Positions 50,735-62,568 of a DNA stretch of 64,000 bases are shown in pieces. The DNA lies in the NCBI RefSeq assembly GCF_009834535.1, contig NC_045697.1:67892001-67956000 (forward strand). The letters run 5' to 3'. Position 1 is the stretch's first letter. Every line of letters begins with the position of its first letter. The translations under genes were made by a program, and so were the position numbers. Source of the DNA: Camelus ferus (lineage: Eukaryota). Under the pieces are notes generated by a model. The model was not told where the DNA came from, did not search any database, and worked only from the letters and a program-made list of their open reading frames with translations.

Positions 50735-53130
50735 TTTTAGGTTGGGTTCCCCAGATGTGGAGTCAGAAACAAGGTCATGTGATATGCTGAGGGAGTGTTT
50801 TCAAGAGAAAGAGAATGAAGAAGCATCATAGAACAGGGAGAGCTGGTATGGAAGGATAGGGCCCCAGATTTAGCATCAGTCTGCTCCCAAGAGGGACTCT
50901 AGATCTTGAATGATAGTCAGTCACTGAATATAGACTGTGTCCCTACAGGGTGAGTGATACAGAGTGATACAAAGGGTCTTCTTTGGCTGGGGTTATTCTT
51001 TGGGGAATAAAAGAATTTTGAGCCTTATTAACTTCACCTCTGTGCAGGTGGGGTGTGGCAACACTGGCTGGGAAAGGGAAACTCGGTCACTAGTAAAATA
51101 TACTGTACTTCACACTTCACAAAGCACAGACCCAATTATATTTAACACTAAATTTACTGCAGCTAGGTACCGCTTTTTTTTTTTTTTTTTTTTTTTGGAT
51201 TGGTCACAATTTCTGAGAAAACTTACAAGAGGAGAGATAGTGGGACAAGTTGTGGGCAAACTATAATTCTCAATGCTACAGTTGGTCTGGAGACAGTAAT
51301 TGATACTCATCATCTCTTTCCTCCAAAATACATTCTAGATTGCCCTCCTCTTTGGCTAGCACTTCTGTGGGTCTTGGTGTCTTTCATGATGCATGATGCA
51401 TGATGCATACATGTCCATGGAGACCAAGTCCACAGAGACTAAGTCTGTTTTGATGATGCCCTTATCAAGTCTTTGTTGCTCTTCTTGTCCATTTGTGGTT
51501 TCAGTTCAGTTTGGGAGTATCATGAGATATGCAGGAAGATTACCAGAGTTCTAAACATTCTTCCTTGCCACATTATGTGGTGGCAGCCTATCTCTCCTTG
51601 ATGATAAGGTAACTGACCCCTTTGCTGATCTACTGTTTGCTGACTACCGGAGGAAGGAATCCAGCCAGACCAGGGGCAGTAATAGCTTACAGACACTCCT
51701 ACTTGTATCCTGTTAGAAATGTCCCACCCTGTGGGACTTGGGACTTAGACATTGAGTCTAGTGAGAACAAGAAGCACAAATCCCCCAAACAGAACACTGT
51801 AAGTGATGGTAAGCAAGGCCACTCGTTTATAACTTATTGGTCCCTTAACCCATTCAGTCTACCTACTGGGCACACATCATCAAATAGTGGCTATTGGTTT
51901 AAGGTGTATATTGCATCCTGAAAGATACTATCCCCATTTTCACTAGCTGTCATCTTCAAGCTAGTGTCTTAGCTCTGACTTCCAAGGTTTAGTCCACTAC
52001 TTTATCAGGGTAGCAATTTCAGGATAGTTTGGTATGTGATAAGATCTATGAATACTACAATAATGCATCTACCACTGACTGTACTTCTTTGTCATATAAC
52101 AATCCCTTAGTCTGAGAAAATGCTGTATGTATTCCTGTATCAGTATATTTCATATTCTGAGCCCCAAGTGGTGCTGCTGGAGCACATTAAACAAAAAAAG
52201 ATAAAATTCAAATCCAAAATATGGTCAGTCCTAGTCAGGCTGAATTCTGGCTAGTCCTTTTCAAAGTGTAGGGTCCAATGTAGTCAATTTACCACAAAAT
52301 GTTTGGTTAGTCTGTTTTTAAAGCTAGTACTGTATTTCAGACCCAGCACTGAACTCTGTTGCAGATGGTTTGGACATTCAGCCATGGAAGTAGTAAGACA
52401 AACCTCAACAGGGTACCATGTTCTTGCTCCAAAGTACAGTCCCCATCTCGGCCATCATCTGCTGTCTACTTATGAGTCTACTGTCTGAACACTTTGATGG
52501 CCAAGGACAGAAATTGGCTGAAATCTACTGGCCACCTCATCCTGTTCACTTAGTTATTTAGAAGCCCTTCGGTAGTGGATGCTCGCTGGTAGGCACTACA
52601 TGATCCTCACATTTTGTGTCCACTTCCATAGATACAAACACAAGCTTCTCCCCTAAACTAAAAAGATCTCTTAATCATAGCTGTTCCAGACTCTACCCAA
52701 TTAGCTAGTTCATTCTCCTGCCTATAAATACAGGCATACTTTTATCTCATGCCACAACTTTAACTACACAAACCAGACGATCAGTTACACAACTCAAAGC
52801 TATACCTGTTAGGAGGATTTACTCTCCAAGTTCTCTTTTCAGACCACCCCTGGGTGAGGAGAAAATGTAGTAATAGAACTTTCAACTTACAACCACATGT
52901 TGACTTGACTTATCCTTGAATTAAGCTCAAATTATTTTTATTCTCTATCAGCTGGTTCCCACTAGCTTGGGTATGAGCTGATAGGAGTCAGTGCAACATG
53001 GATTGGTAACATGAGAATATGGTATCCCTGCTCATACAGCTTACTGGGTTCTTTGGACATGCCTGATTCTAGTCCTGGATGTGCCATTTCCACTTTTACT
53101 ATGGGTTCCTGCTGAGCCCATCTGATTTCT
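50735..53130 (-). mobile_element. LTR16-like LTR (about 50735-51110) plus ERVL internal pol region, 5'-truncated
   Basis: 'aggttgggttccccaga...tgctgagggagtg' LTR16-like antisense; internal 'cttactgggttctttggacatgcctgattctagtcctggatgtgccatttccac...tgctgagcccatctga' ERVL pol antisense. Confidence 0.7.
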
Positions 53131-53169
53131 CTCCCTCCCTCTCTCTCTCTCTCTCTCTCTCTGTATGTA

Positions 53170-53215
<46 letters not shown>

Positions 53216-53236
53216 TACATACATACACACATATAT
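53130..53236. repeat. (CT)n(GT)n(AT)n(AC)n compound microsatellite containing a perfect 62-bp palindrome
   Basis: 53162-53223 = TGTATGTAT(GT)6(AT)10(AC)6ATACATACA, self-complementary. Confidence 0.95.
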
Positions 53237-53559
53237 CTATTTTTGCAACAACAAAATGTATATTCACATTTTTATTGAACTGAAATTGAAGCAGTAATGG
53301 ACCTTAGAAACATTTAATATTTTTATGGAATGAGGGATAATAAATAGAAATAAATTAATTCAATAAATCATTATTTTAAGATCAACATTATATTGGAAAA
53401 GGAAAAGTGAGATTGCAATGTAAAACCTGAAGTGTAAATAAGTAAACGTTTTGTAAGACATTAAAATGAAAGGTCACATTGCTTAGGTACCCATGAAATA
53501 AAGTGTAACTAAAATTAAGGACAACATTTCCTCTATTTTGGAAGAGAACACAATGAAGC

Positions 53560-53925
53560 TTCCATACTCTGGGGATCAAGAAAGCCCAATGCAACTCTGG
53601 TACACTGAGTGTTCCAGCACATCAGTATCACCTTGCTCGCTATCACCAAGGAAGTACCACTGACATGCATCCACAGCAATAGGAAATAGCACCAGGATGT
53701 TGGGGATCCACACACACTATCACTTATGACATGGCTATCAGTTTCAGGCAGCTGTGGTGATGTTACACTGTGGACTCTAGCACTGCAATAGCCCAGGTAG
53801 TATTACTGGCTTGGCATAACTCCTTTATTGGTCAGTCCTATCCACAGTGGAAGGAGTTCAGGCCATCAACTTGCCACCAAAAAAAAAAAAAAAAAAAAAA
53901 GGTTGGTCTCTTTGATTGATTGGTT
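53560..53925 (-). mobile_element. Second ERVL pol fragment
   Basis: 'ggtcagtcctatccacagtggaaggagttcaggccatcaacttgccacca' parallels 52225-52300 of the adjacent ERVL. Confidence 0.5.
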
Positions 53926-54199
53926 GGCACCCCTTCCTATGCTTCTCCAATTTATTCTGTTCACGGGAACCAGAAAGTAAATATACTGAAATATAAATTA
54001 AAACTGAAAGGTTCTTATTACTCTTAAAGTTAAAACTATGACCTCTGTATACCTCTCAGGTTTTCCACATACAGCTCTAGCTCCAGCTTGTGGAAAGCAA
54101 CTTGTAAATCTCTGGGTTTATAATTCTCTTATCTCAGTTCATTTCAGGCAATTTTACACAAATTGTCCTTTCTGGCAGGAAATCTCTTTTCAGGAAGTT

Positions 54200-54380
54200 C
54201 GTTCTAAGAATGGTAGGCTATGGAGTCAGGCAGAGATGGGTTTAGGAATGGGGTACACCTCTTACTACCTATGTTACCTTGCACAAGAAATTAACGCTAT
54301 TGTAACCTCCTGTTCCTATCAGTAAAATGGAGACACTAGTGATTACCACGTTGTATTAAATGATACAATCATAATATATT
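54200..54380 (+). mobile_element. MIR SINE
   Basis: 'ggctatggagtcaggcaga...ttactacctatgttaccttgcacaag...atcagtaaaatggagac'. Confidence 0.7.
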
Positions 54381-54599
54381 AATAAAATCATATTAATTAT
54401 TTGAATTTTTATTATGATAAATTAGATACTAGCAATTTCTATAGTGATTGATATAATTATGATATCTTACATTTTTGGAACATTTATTATATGACAGTCA
54501 TACTAATTCTAAGATTCTATACATATTATCTTATTTAAGTCTCAAAATAGTGAGTTATGAGTTAGTAAAAGTACAGCAAATATTAGTAATTGTTACTAT

Positions 54600-54935
54600 C
54601 ATGCAATCCCTCTATACACCTCACACAATTTTATGTGGTTAGTTTCTATTCAGATTTCAGCCTAGACATCACTTTTAACTGTTAGCCTTTTTGAACCACT
54701 AGAAATGGTTTGATTCTCCTCCTATGTGTGTCTGTAGCCCTCAGTGCTTACCCAGCATAGCTTGTTTCATACTGTATTATCTTCCTGTTTTCTTCTCTTC
54801 TTCCCCTAAGTATACTACCCGCTGCTTCAGAACAGGAGCCAGGGCATACTCATCTTTGTATGTCCAGTGTTTGGCGCAGCTCCTCATACATTCTGAGTTT
54901 ATTAAATATATTTAAAGAAATGAAAGAATGAACAC
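54600..54935 (+). mobile_element. L2 3' end
   Basis: 'catctttgtatgtccagtgtttggcgcag...aaatatatttaaagaaatgaaagaatgaa'. Confidence 0.65.
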
Positions 54936-57195
54936 GTTGTCCCAAGGCAATGAGTGGTAGGGTGACTCAATCCTTGGCTAAAGGCAGTGGAAACAGAAGC
55001 TGGTTTGATTGCCTCCCCAGTCACTAGATGATTCTACAGAAAGTATGTCTTCACAGCAGCCAGAGCAAGAGAGCAGGGAGTTTTTGCATATAACATGATT
55101 TAACAGAGAAGTTACTGATGACAAATATGAGACACCCTCTTGGGATTGCCAAAAATCGGATGAGATAATTTACAATGGCTTACTTGGATTTCCAGAACGT
55201 TTTGGTGGAGAGAGGAGTACCCAAGATAGTTTATTGTTATTAATGTAACTATTGAAACTCCATATATATTGTTGAAATAGGAGTCAATACTTTTGTTTGC
55301 TTATATCAATGAAAACATTTAAGGTAAACTCAAAACAAATTCTATTTTTTCAGGAGTTATCAGAAGGAAGCCATGCTCATGCCCAGAACTGCTTATCCGG
55401 AAGAGCAATACATTGTAATGACTTCCTCAAAATCAATTCTGAAAAAGAAGCAATACAAATTATTCTTGATGTCAGAATATTATTAGAAATTACTCTGAAA
55501 TCTAATATGTATAGACTCGAGCCATTGGAAATGAGACAAGGGAACTAACACAGGATTTTAAGTCATTATTACTCTAGAAACAATTTGGAAAATGTGAGCC
55601 AAGGAAGTGTCAAATGTTCTTTGACAGTGCATATATCATTTGATAAAGGGCAGATGGCACATGCCGGTAGAAATTTGTTATTAACAGGTGAACAAGTTTA
55701 GTTTTAAGACCTTATAACAAATTACTTTAATGTTATACATATATAAATTGTGATTTTCTTATGCAGACTAAAGATGATATCAATATTACAACATAACATA
55801 AGAGCAAAGGGGTTCTTGAAATCATCTAAATATTGTAGTATATCTAAATATTGCTGAGCACATTTTATGAGTTCAGAAAAAGGTGTTTTTCACCATAAAA
55901 ATCAAATTTGGATTACATTAAAATCCTACTGTTTACTTGATGTTACAATGCAATACCCAAGACTATCCTTCAGGAATATATTTCATTGGCTTTCACCAGA
56001 AAATATTTGAGACAGTAGAAACAACAACATTCTCTAGGGACTATATTTCTACAGTTAGTATTAGATAAATCATTTTAATAATGCAAGTTTAAAATATAAA
56101 AGCCTTTTTCACATTAAATACACATAAGAATATAACTGAAATAAAATCATTGAGAAGAAAAATTTTAGCAACCATGCATGTAACAGATTGGAAAAAGGAG
56201 ACTGGTTAAAAAATAACTTAAAGTCTTGGATGAATGATAATGGGAGAGATCACTGGAAGAGAAAATAAGAGTAACAATACTTGATTTTCAATATTTGATT
56301 GAGGATCTTTCTGCTGCAAGGTTGTCATATAGCCTTCTCCAGAACATCTCATGTTTGGGATATGATGTTAGATTGTAGATCATGCTTTGTGATAGACCTA
56401 ACTGAACATTTCATTCTTGGACCTTCCGTAACCTACCTAAACGGTAAGCACTGGGAATGTGACACAAAATTGTCACTTGGAAATGACTTCCCTAGAGCAT
56501 AATATCACTTCTCAAACAACTAAAATCTACTTAGAGTCAATAGCTCTTGCCTCTCCGCAGCAGGTGTTAATGCTGTTGAGATTTGGCCTTATTTTTTCCA
56601 ACACATAATTAAAATGACTTCTCCTAAAACTATGGAAGTTAATCATTAGGTTTCCCTGAAGCTCCTTCTTCAAATTAGGTTTACAGGCAGCCAGAATTTA
56701 GTGAAACTTTAATGATTAACTTCCACAGAATTAAAATAGTTGTGTTTGGAGTGGAAAAAGAGCTTTGTTTTGGTACAGTTTCATCATTGGTTTATTATAA
56801 TACACTTCAAAAGTGTACAAAAGTTAGTATTAAAATTATCTTAATTAGTTATATTAAAATTATATCATAACTTGCTTTCTGAAAAAATATGATAGGTTAG
56901 TACTTTGGCTAAGCATTTGTTGATATATATGACACGTGGAGGAAAATATTGCTACTTCTTCAAAGAGTTTTTACTTTAATGTTTGAAACCTAGTGCTTAC
57001 TTTTTAGGTGGGTTAATAATACTATTATTTAAATATTTTTTTCTTATTTAGTAGATGTTTTCATGTTCTTTTATTGTTTTCATTTGCATTCTTTTGATTA
57101 TCAATGATACTAAATATTTTTGCTTTTCTTCATGTGTGAACTTTCTGTTCATGCCCTTGTATAATAAAGTTGTTTTCTTTTGGTTATATATACTA

Positions 57196-57244
57196 CATAG
57201 GTAGGTAGATAGATAGACAGATAGGTAGATAATAGATATAGATA
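57196..57244. repeat. (TAGG/TAGA)n microsatellite within degraded L1-like sequence
   Basis: Directly visible. Confidence 0.8.
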
Positions 57245-58169
57245 ATTCAAATAAGGTGCACGTATCTGTTTTAATTGATGAAGTACATACCCATTACCTT
57301 TCTTCATTTAGTTTTTTTTGCTAATCTTCATTGAACAAAAAGTTTGAATTCTTATTCAAGAATATATTTTCAATTGTTATTTTTTATGAATGCTGACTGC
57401 TTTAAAAATAATTCTCAGTAATAGGCAAAACACTGTTTGCAGTTAAAAATGGAAACCAATTTAAAACCCCCTGAAATTTATAGTATTCTGCTATACCATG
57501 AACTCACGTCTCTATGCATGATCAATAGAAACCGTCAGTAGAGAGTGGCTCTAGCCTACTATTTTAAATGGAATGCTGTTGTAGCAATGGTACTGAGTTG
57601 AGAAAAAATCAATATGTTTGAATATGGAGTTAAAATGGCTACTATTTCATAAATGTTAAAACCAATAAAGTACCCATAAAAAAACTCAGTGTTACATAAA
57701 GTGTATATAAATTTATGATGATGGATCTTCTATGACTTTAAAGGAAACATAAATGTACTTCTTAAATGGAATGAGTCTTGTACACTATAGTCTAGGATGT
57801 CTGTGCCTTCTTTGATTTGTTGTTACAGGAGTAATGTTAATTAAGGCCCATAACAACATATGGGGATAAAATGGAAGATTTGTATGTCTGAGTGATTCTA
57901 AATTCGTGAGTAATCCTTTACCCATGACTTGAAATCAACTTCCTTGCACAAACCAACTTTGCAATCACATTATCTGCAGCTTCAAGAAATAACACACACA
58001 ACTGCAAGAAATAATGCACATAACTTGACAAACTCATCCTTTACAAAAGTTCTACCAAAAATAGCAAAATATTATACTAGCAATATTGGCTTCCCTTCTT
58101 ATTATGCAATTTTATTGAGTCTGTTTATAGGTCACGCATCTTTGACAACATAAACTTTATAATCCTAAA

Positions 58170-58465
58170 TACTATCGACTAAGAGTTTGACCATCCCTGA
58201 TTACTCAAGTTAAAGCAATATTCCCCAGCCTTGAATTGTGATATTCACATCTCCTTCTTCTTGTATTTTTCTGTCTAGCCCTAGCCCTTATTACAGCAGT
58301 GTTATTGTATTGTATATCTGTTTACATAAAACTTCCCTTCCTCACTAGAATATAAACTTCTGTAGAGCAGAGGTTTGGTTTTGTTACTATTCTATCCTTA
58401 GTGCATAAAACAGTGCCTGGCACATAGTAATCACTCTATAAATTTTGTTAAATGAATTAATAAAT
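58170..58465 (+). mobile_element. L2 3' end
   Basis: 'cactagaatataaacttctgtagagcagagg...aacagtgcctggcacatagtaatcactctataaattttgttaaatgaatt'. Confidence 0.8.
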
Positions 58466-58599
58466 TTTATAGATTTCTCCAAAGTGGGACCAGACTTTGC
58501 CCTAAAGGTATCAAACAAGTTAACCTTAACTAATATGTTATGTAAAAAGACAGAAATCTATATGAAAGTTTTCCTACTTTCCATATGGAGTCAGTTTTA

Positions 58600-58800
58600 T
58601 TGTGAATGGAAAGAGAACAGAGTTTGGGTACCAGCCTGGACGCAGATCCTTACAAAAACATTTAGTTCCTCTGTGGTACAGAGCAAGTCAGTTAATAGCT
58701 CTAGTTCTCAAAGTCAACAGTGAATTAAATATATCACTCTCTGAATTGTTATGAGGTTAAATAAAATAACATTTGCAAGTGGTAAGTGCTTATCAAATGT
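58600..58800 (+). mobile_element. MIR SINE
   Basis: 'tgtggtacagagcaagtcagttaa...gaattgttatgaggttaaataaaataac'. Confidence 0.55.
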
Positions 58801-59811
58801 AAAGTCTGTCCTTTTTCATTTGTGAATAAAATTCCACAGGCATAATTTTTAATCTCATTGAAGTAAGCCCAAAATTAATTTCTTTATTATTTAGTGAGGA
58901 AAATAAAGCATATAGTTTTCTCTGGATGCTTGTAAAAAATAATAATAACATTATTAGAAGTGAAAATTAATATCAAAACCTAAAAGGAAAAGAAAAATAC
59001 ATTAAGTTCAATAACATATTGACATCATAAGTACATAAAATCACTCTCAACTACTTTGAATGTTGAGTAATAGAAGCTATTCATGAGAAATCTATGAGAA
59101 ACTTGACTGTATTAAGAGGGTAAAACACACTTTAATTTTATTCTAGTTGACCAAGCATCTTGACAAAATTGTAGCTTGGTATCTTAGGAAACATCTGAAT
59201 TTCTGATATATTAGGTCACTTTGTCTCTTGTTTATTGCATTTTGCATTACCTACTAGAGTGATAAACAGTATATCTTAATAGATCTGTAATAGCTTGTCA
59301 AATGCTTGAGATCAGGTACTGATTCTTACTGATTTTGTATCATCTAGTAAACTTAACACAATGCATTAAATATAGTGAATGCTTAGAAAATATTGCTTGA
59401 ATTAATGTGGTGATAATGTTAGAAAATGGATTGCATTTATAAATCAGAGTACATTCATTCCTTTTATAAACATTATTTAATAAGATAAAAATATCACATA
59501 TATATTTTATTGACTTCGCCTACATCCCTCAAAATTCACACATTTACTAAATATAGTCAAAAAATACAGGAAATAAAACCCTTCAGAAAATAAGGAAACT
59601 TCAAGCTACAAGCTATGCAGAATATAGGTCCAAATCTATAAAATTTAAGCCTGAAATGATACCAGGCACTGAGAAATACTATAGATTTCCTAAGACTTAA
59701 AGCAGGATACAAATGTGTTTAAAAGTAAGTGTGATATGTGTAGAACTCTCCAATATTCCTACAGTGAGCAGAGCTAAAGCAAAGGTAGACTATGAAAGAG
59801 GAGATTATCCT

Positions 59812-60000
59812 TCAGTGCAGTGGCTTTCAAATAATTTTACTTAGGTACCTCCAAAAAAGGTTTTTTTAAAAAACAGTGTATCCACTCATCCAAACATTCT
59901 AAAATAGCTGTAAATTGTTATTTTAAGTTTATATAATTGCAAAAAATGTAATGTCTATGGTTGTTTTTTAAACTGTTACATCACTTAAAAAATATATCCC
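59812..60000. mobile_element. hAT-like DNA transposon fragment, truncated by L1
   Basis: Charlie-like start 'cagtggctttcaaa' and 'aaactgttacatcactt'; family uncertain. Confidence 0.4.
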
Positions 60001-60003
60001 AAC

Positions 60004-60327
60004 ATGCTATCATCAAAGTCTACAAATAATAAATGCTGGAGAGGGTGTGGAGAAAATGGAACCCTCTTACACTATTGGTGGGAATGCAAATTGATGGAAC
60101 ACAGCATGGAGTTTCTTAAAAAACTAAAAAGAGAACTACCATATGATCCAGCAATCCCACTCCTGGGCATATATCCAGAAAAGATGAAAACTTAATTTGA
60201 AAAGATACATGCACCCCAATGTTCATAGCAGCACTATTTACAATAGATCAGACATGGAGACAGCCCAAATACCCATCAACAGATGATTGATTTAAGATGT
60301 GGTATGTGATATATCACATGTATATGA

Positions 60328-60387
<60 letters not shown>

Positions 60388-60837
60388 ATATATATAATGG
60401 AATATTACTCAGCCATAAAAATAATGAAATATTGCCATTTTAGCAACATGGATGGACCTACAGAATATCATTGTAAGTGAAGTAAGCCAGGCAAAGAAAG
60501 ACAAATATTATATGATATCACTTATATATGGACCCTATATTTTTGATAATAACCATATTATCAAAAATAATATGAATTTATACACAAAACAGAAACAGAC
60601 TTAAAGACACAGAAAACAAACTTAGGGTTACCAAAGGCGGAAAGGTTGGAGGGATAAATTAGGAATCTGGGATTAAGAGATACAAATTACTACACAAAAA
60701 ATAGGTAAGCAACAAGATTTACTGTATAACACAGGGAACTATACTCAATATATATGACACATATATGACTGAATCACTGTGCAGTACATCTGAAACTAAC
60801 AGAGTATTGTAAATCAACTGTACTTCAATTTAAAAAA
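60004..60837 (+). mobile_element. Cetartiodactyl-type L1, 5'-truncated (ORF2 C-terminus plus 3'UTR)
   Basis: ORF 60004-60195 gives the ORF2 cysteine-rich motif KCWRGCGENGTLLHYWWECKL..ELPYDPAIPLLGIYP; 3' end 'tgtaaatcaactgtacttcaattt'; TSD ATCCCAACAT/ATCCAAACAT; internal (TG)n(TA)n at about 60327-60396. Confidence 0.92.
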
Positions 60838-60858
60838 TCCAAACATCACATGACTAGG

Positions 60859-62568
60859 GGTATTGTAAGCTGTAAAACTTCATGTACTACTTTGATATCT
60901 CTGTGCTTCTTCAGGCTCAAAGTTCCCCTGCTGTCATCCACATATGCCCCCACCCAGCAGGAAAGGCTCCTCATCTGACTAGTTTCCCTATCAGCCAAAA
61001 ACTACAACTATGCAGCTAGAGACTCAAATCTCCACAGGCTGTAGCAAAGGATGATTTTGATCTACCAAGCTCTTGAGTTGTGGGCCCAGGGCTCTCTGCT
61101 GCAGTAGCTTTCTACTTATGCCTCTATTAACAGCAAACCTAATCCTCCAGAGTTATAGGGACAAATTCTGTGGTATAGTGAAGGGGTTAATGTAAACCCT
61201 ACCTAAGCCAGTTTCCTTACACCATATAATCACTGGCATTGGGGAGGCCACTATTCCTAATGATACTAATTTGAGGCTCTTTGGAGAAATAAATTTATAA
61301 ATATGAACAGTATAAAAAGAACCCCTCACACCAAATGTATCTAGTGACAGAAAAGGAGGGGGAGGAGATTAAAGAAAAATCTGGATACAAAAAATATATA
61401 TTGAAAACAGAGAGCCCACAATTTGACCCAATCAGAAATCCAAGATTTGCTCAAAAAATTTACAACAAAATGATAAAAAGGTGTGAATTGGCTTTTGCTT
61501 CTCTAGACTGTAGGTTCTGAATGAACTGTTAACATCTGCAGAAATACACCAACTGGCAAGGCTTCATGGACTTCAACAATACTAGGGCTTAAATAATTAT
61601 AGTTATACCCAAAGATTCCACTAAATTTAAGAATGATTTCCAACCCTCCATAATCTTAGGAGAATTACTGTATATAAAGTAGAAAACAAATGACATATGG
61701 CTTACTTCACCATTGCACTATCTGAATCTCCCAAAGTGACTGTATCCATTGTGCTAAAATTTCCCATCATGGCCTTGGTTTAATAAAGAGGCCTAGTGTC
61801 CTCCTCAAATTCTACTATTTGAGTTACAAAATAGCAGCTGGACCCCTATTCAGTGACAACTGTCACAACCATTAATCAGTCTAAATTCATGCTCCCTGGA
61901 GACATGCATTCCCAACTCCAATACCATACATTGCCTTTATTGGCCATAAAAGGGGACATCTCTGAAGTTCAAGTTTTTGGTAAGTACCTTACCATGTAGC
62001 CCTCCTGGCCAAGTGCCCACTTGGCTTCCTAGGGAGGCACTTCTTCCATTCCTAAAAATATCACTCATATCTAAAGTAGATTTTGATGAGAGGGCATCAA
62101 GGGGTTAACTATAATATAAGACCTAAAACTGCATGGGCGGCTTTGACATCTTTGAGCCTCACAGGACCCCCTAAAACTGTGAGTTCTGCTCTCACCAGAC
62201 ATGCCCCATCCAATGGGAAAGCCTCCTCATCTGAATAGTTTCCCTAATAGCTGGAACAACCGCACTCTACCAGTCCTCAACCTAACAAGTTTCACTTCTC
62301 TGCCAGACTAAGGGGTACCTCACCCACTCGTTACTGCAAAGGCTGCCTCCCACAGCCCCCGGCTTTTCAGTGTGCTTCAGAACATAAGCTCTGGTTGGCC
62401 TCGCATGGCAGGCAATGCCCCCATCTCCCAGGTTGTAAGTACACATCACTAATAAACTGCTGTCAATTTCATTGTCCCATGTTGGATGCTGTGTTTTTGG
62501 TCATTTCACACTATTGAGGACAGAGATTCTTCCCTCAGCAACAGGGTGAATAAGAGGTGATAAGAACA
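60859..62568 (+). mobile_element. MER74-type ERVL element: partial 5' LTR, short internal region, complete 3' LTR (62110-62568)
   Basis: The two LTR starts align (ggtattgtaagctgtaaaacttcatg / tataatataagacctaaaactgcatg); PPT-like 'aaggggttaac' precedes the 3' LTR; perfect 5-bp TSD CTAGG (60854-60858, 62569-62573). Confidence 0.82.

Noticed and set aside
56555..56572. CTCF-like CGCAGCAGGTGTTA
   Set aside because: Lacks the GGC core end of the motif.
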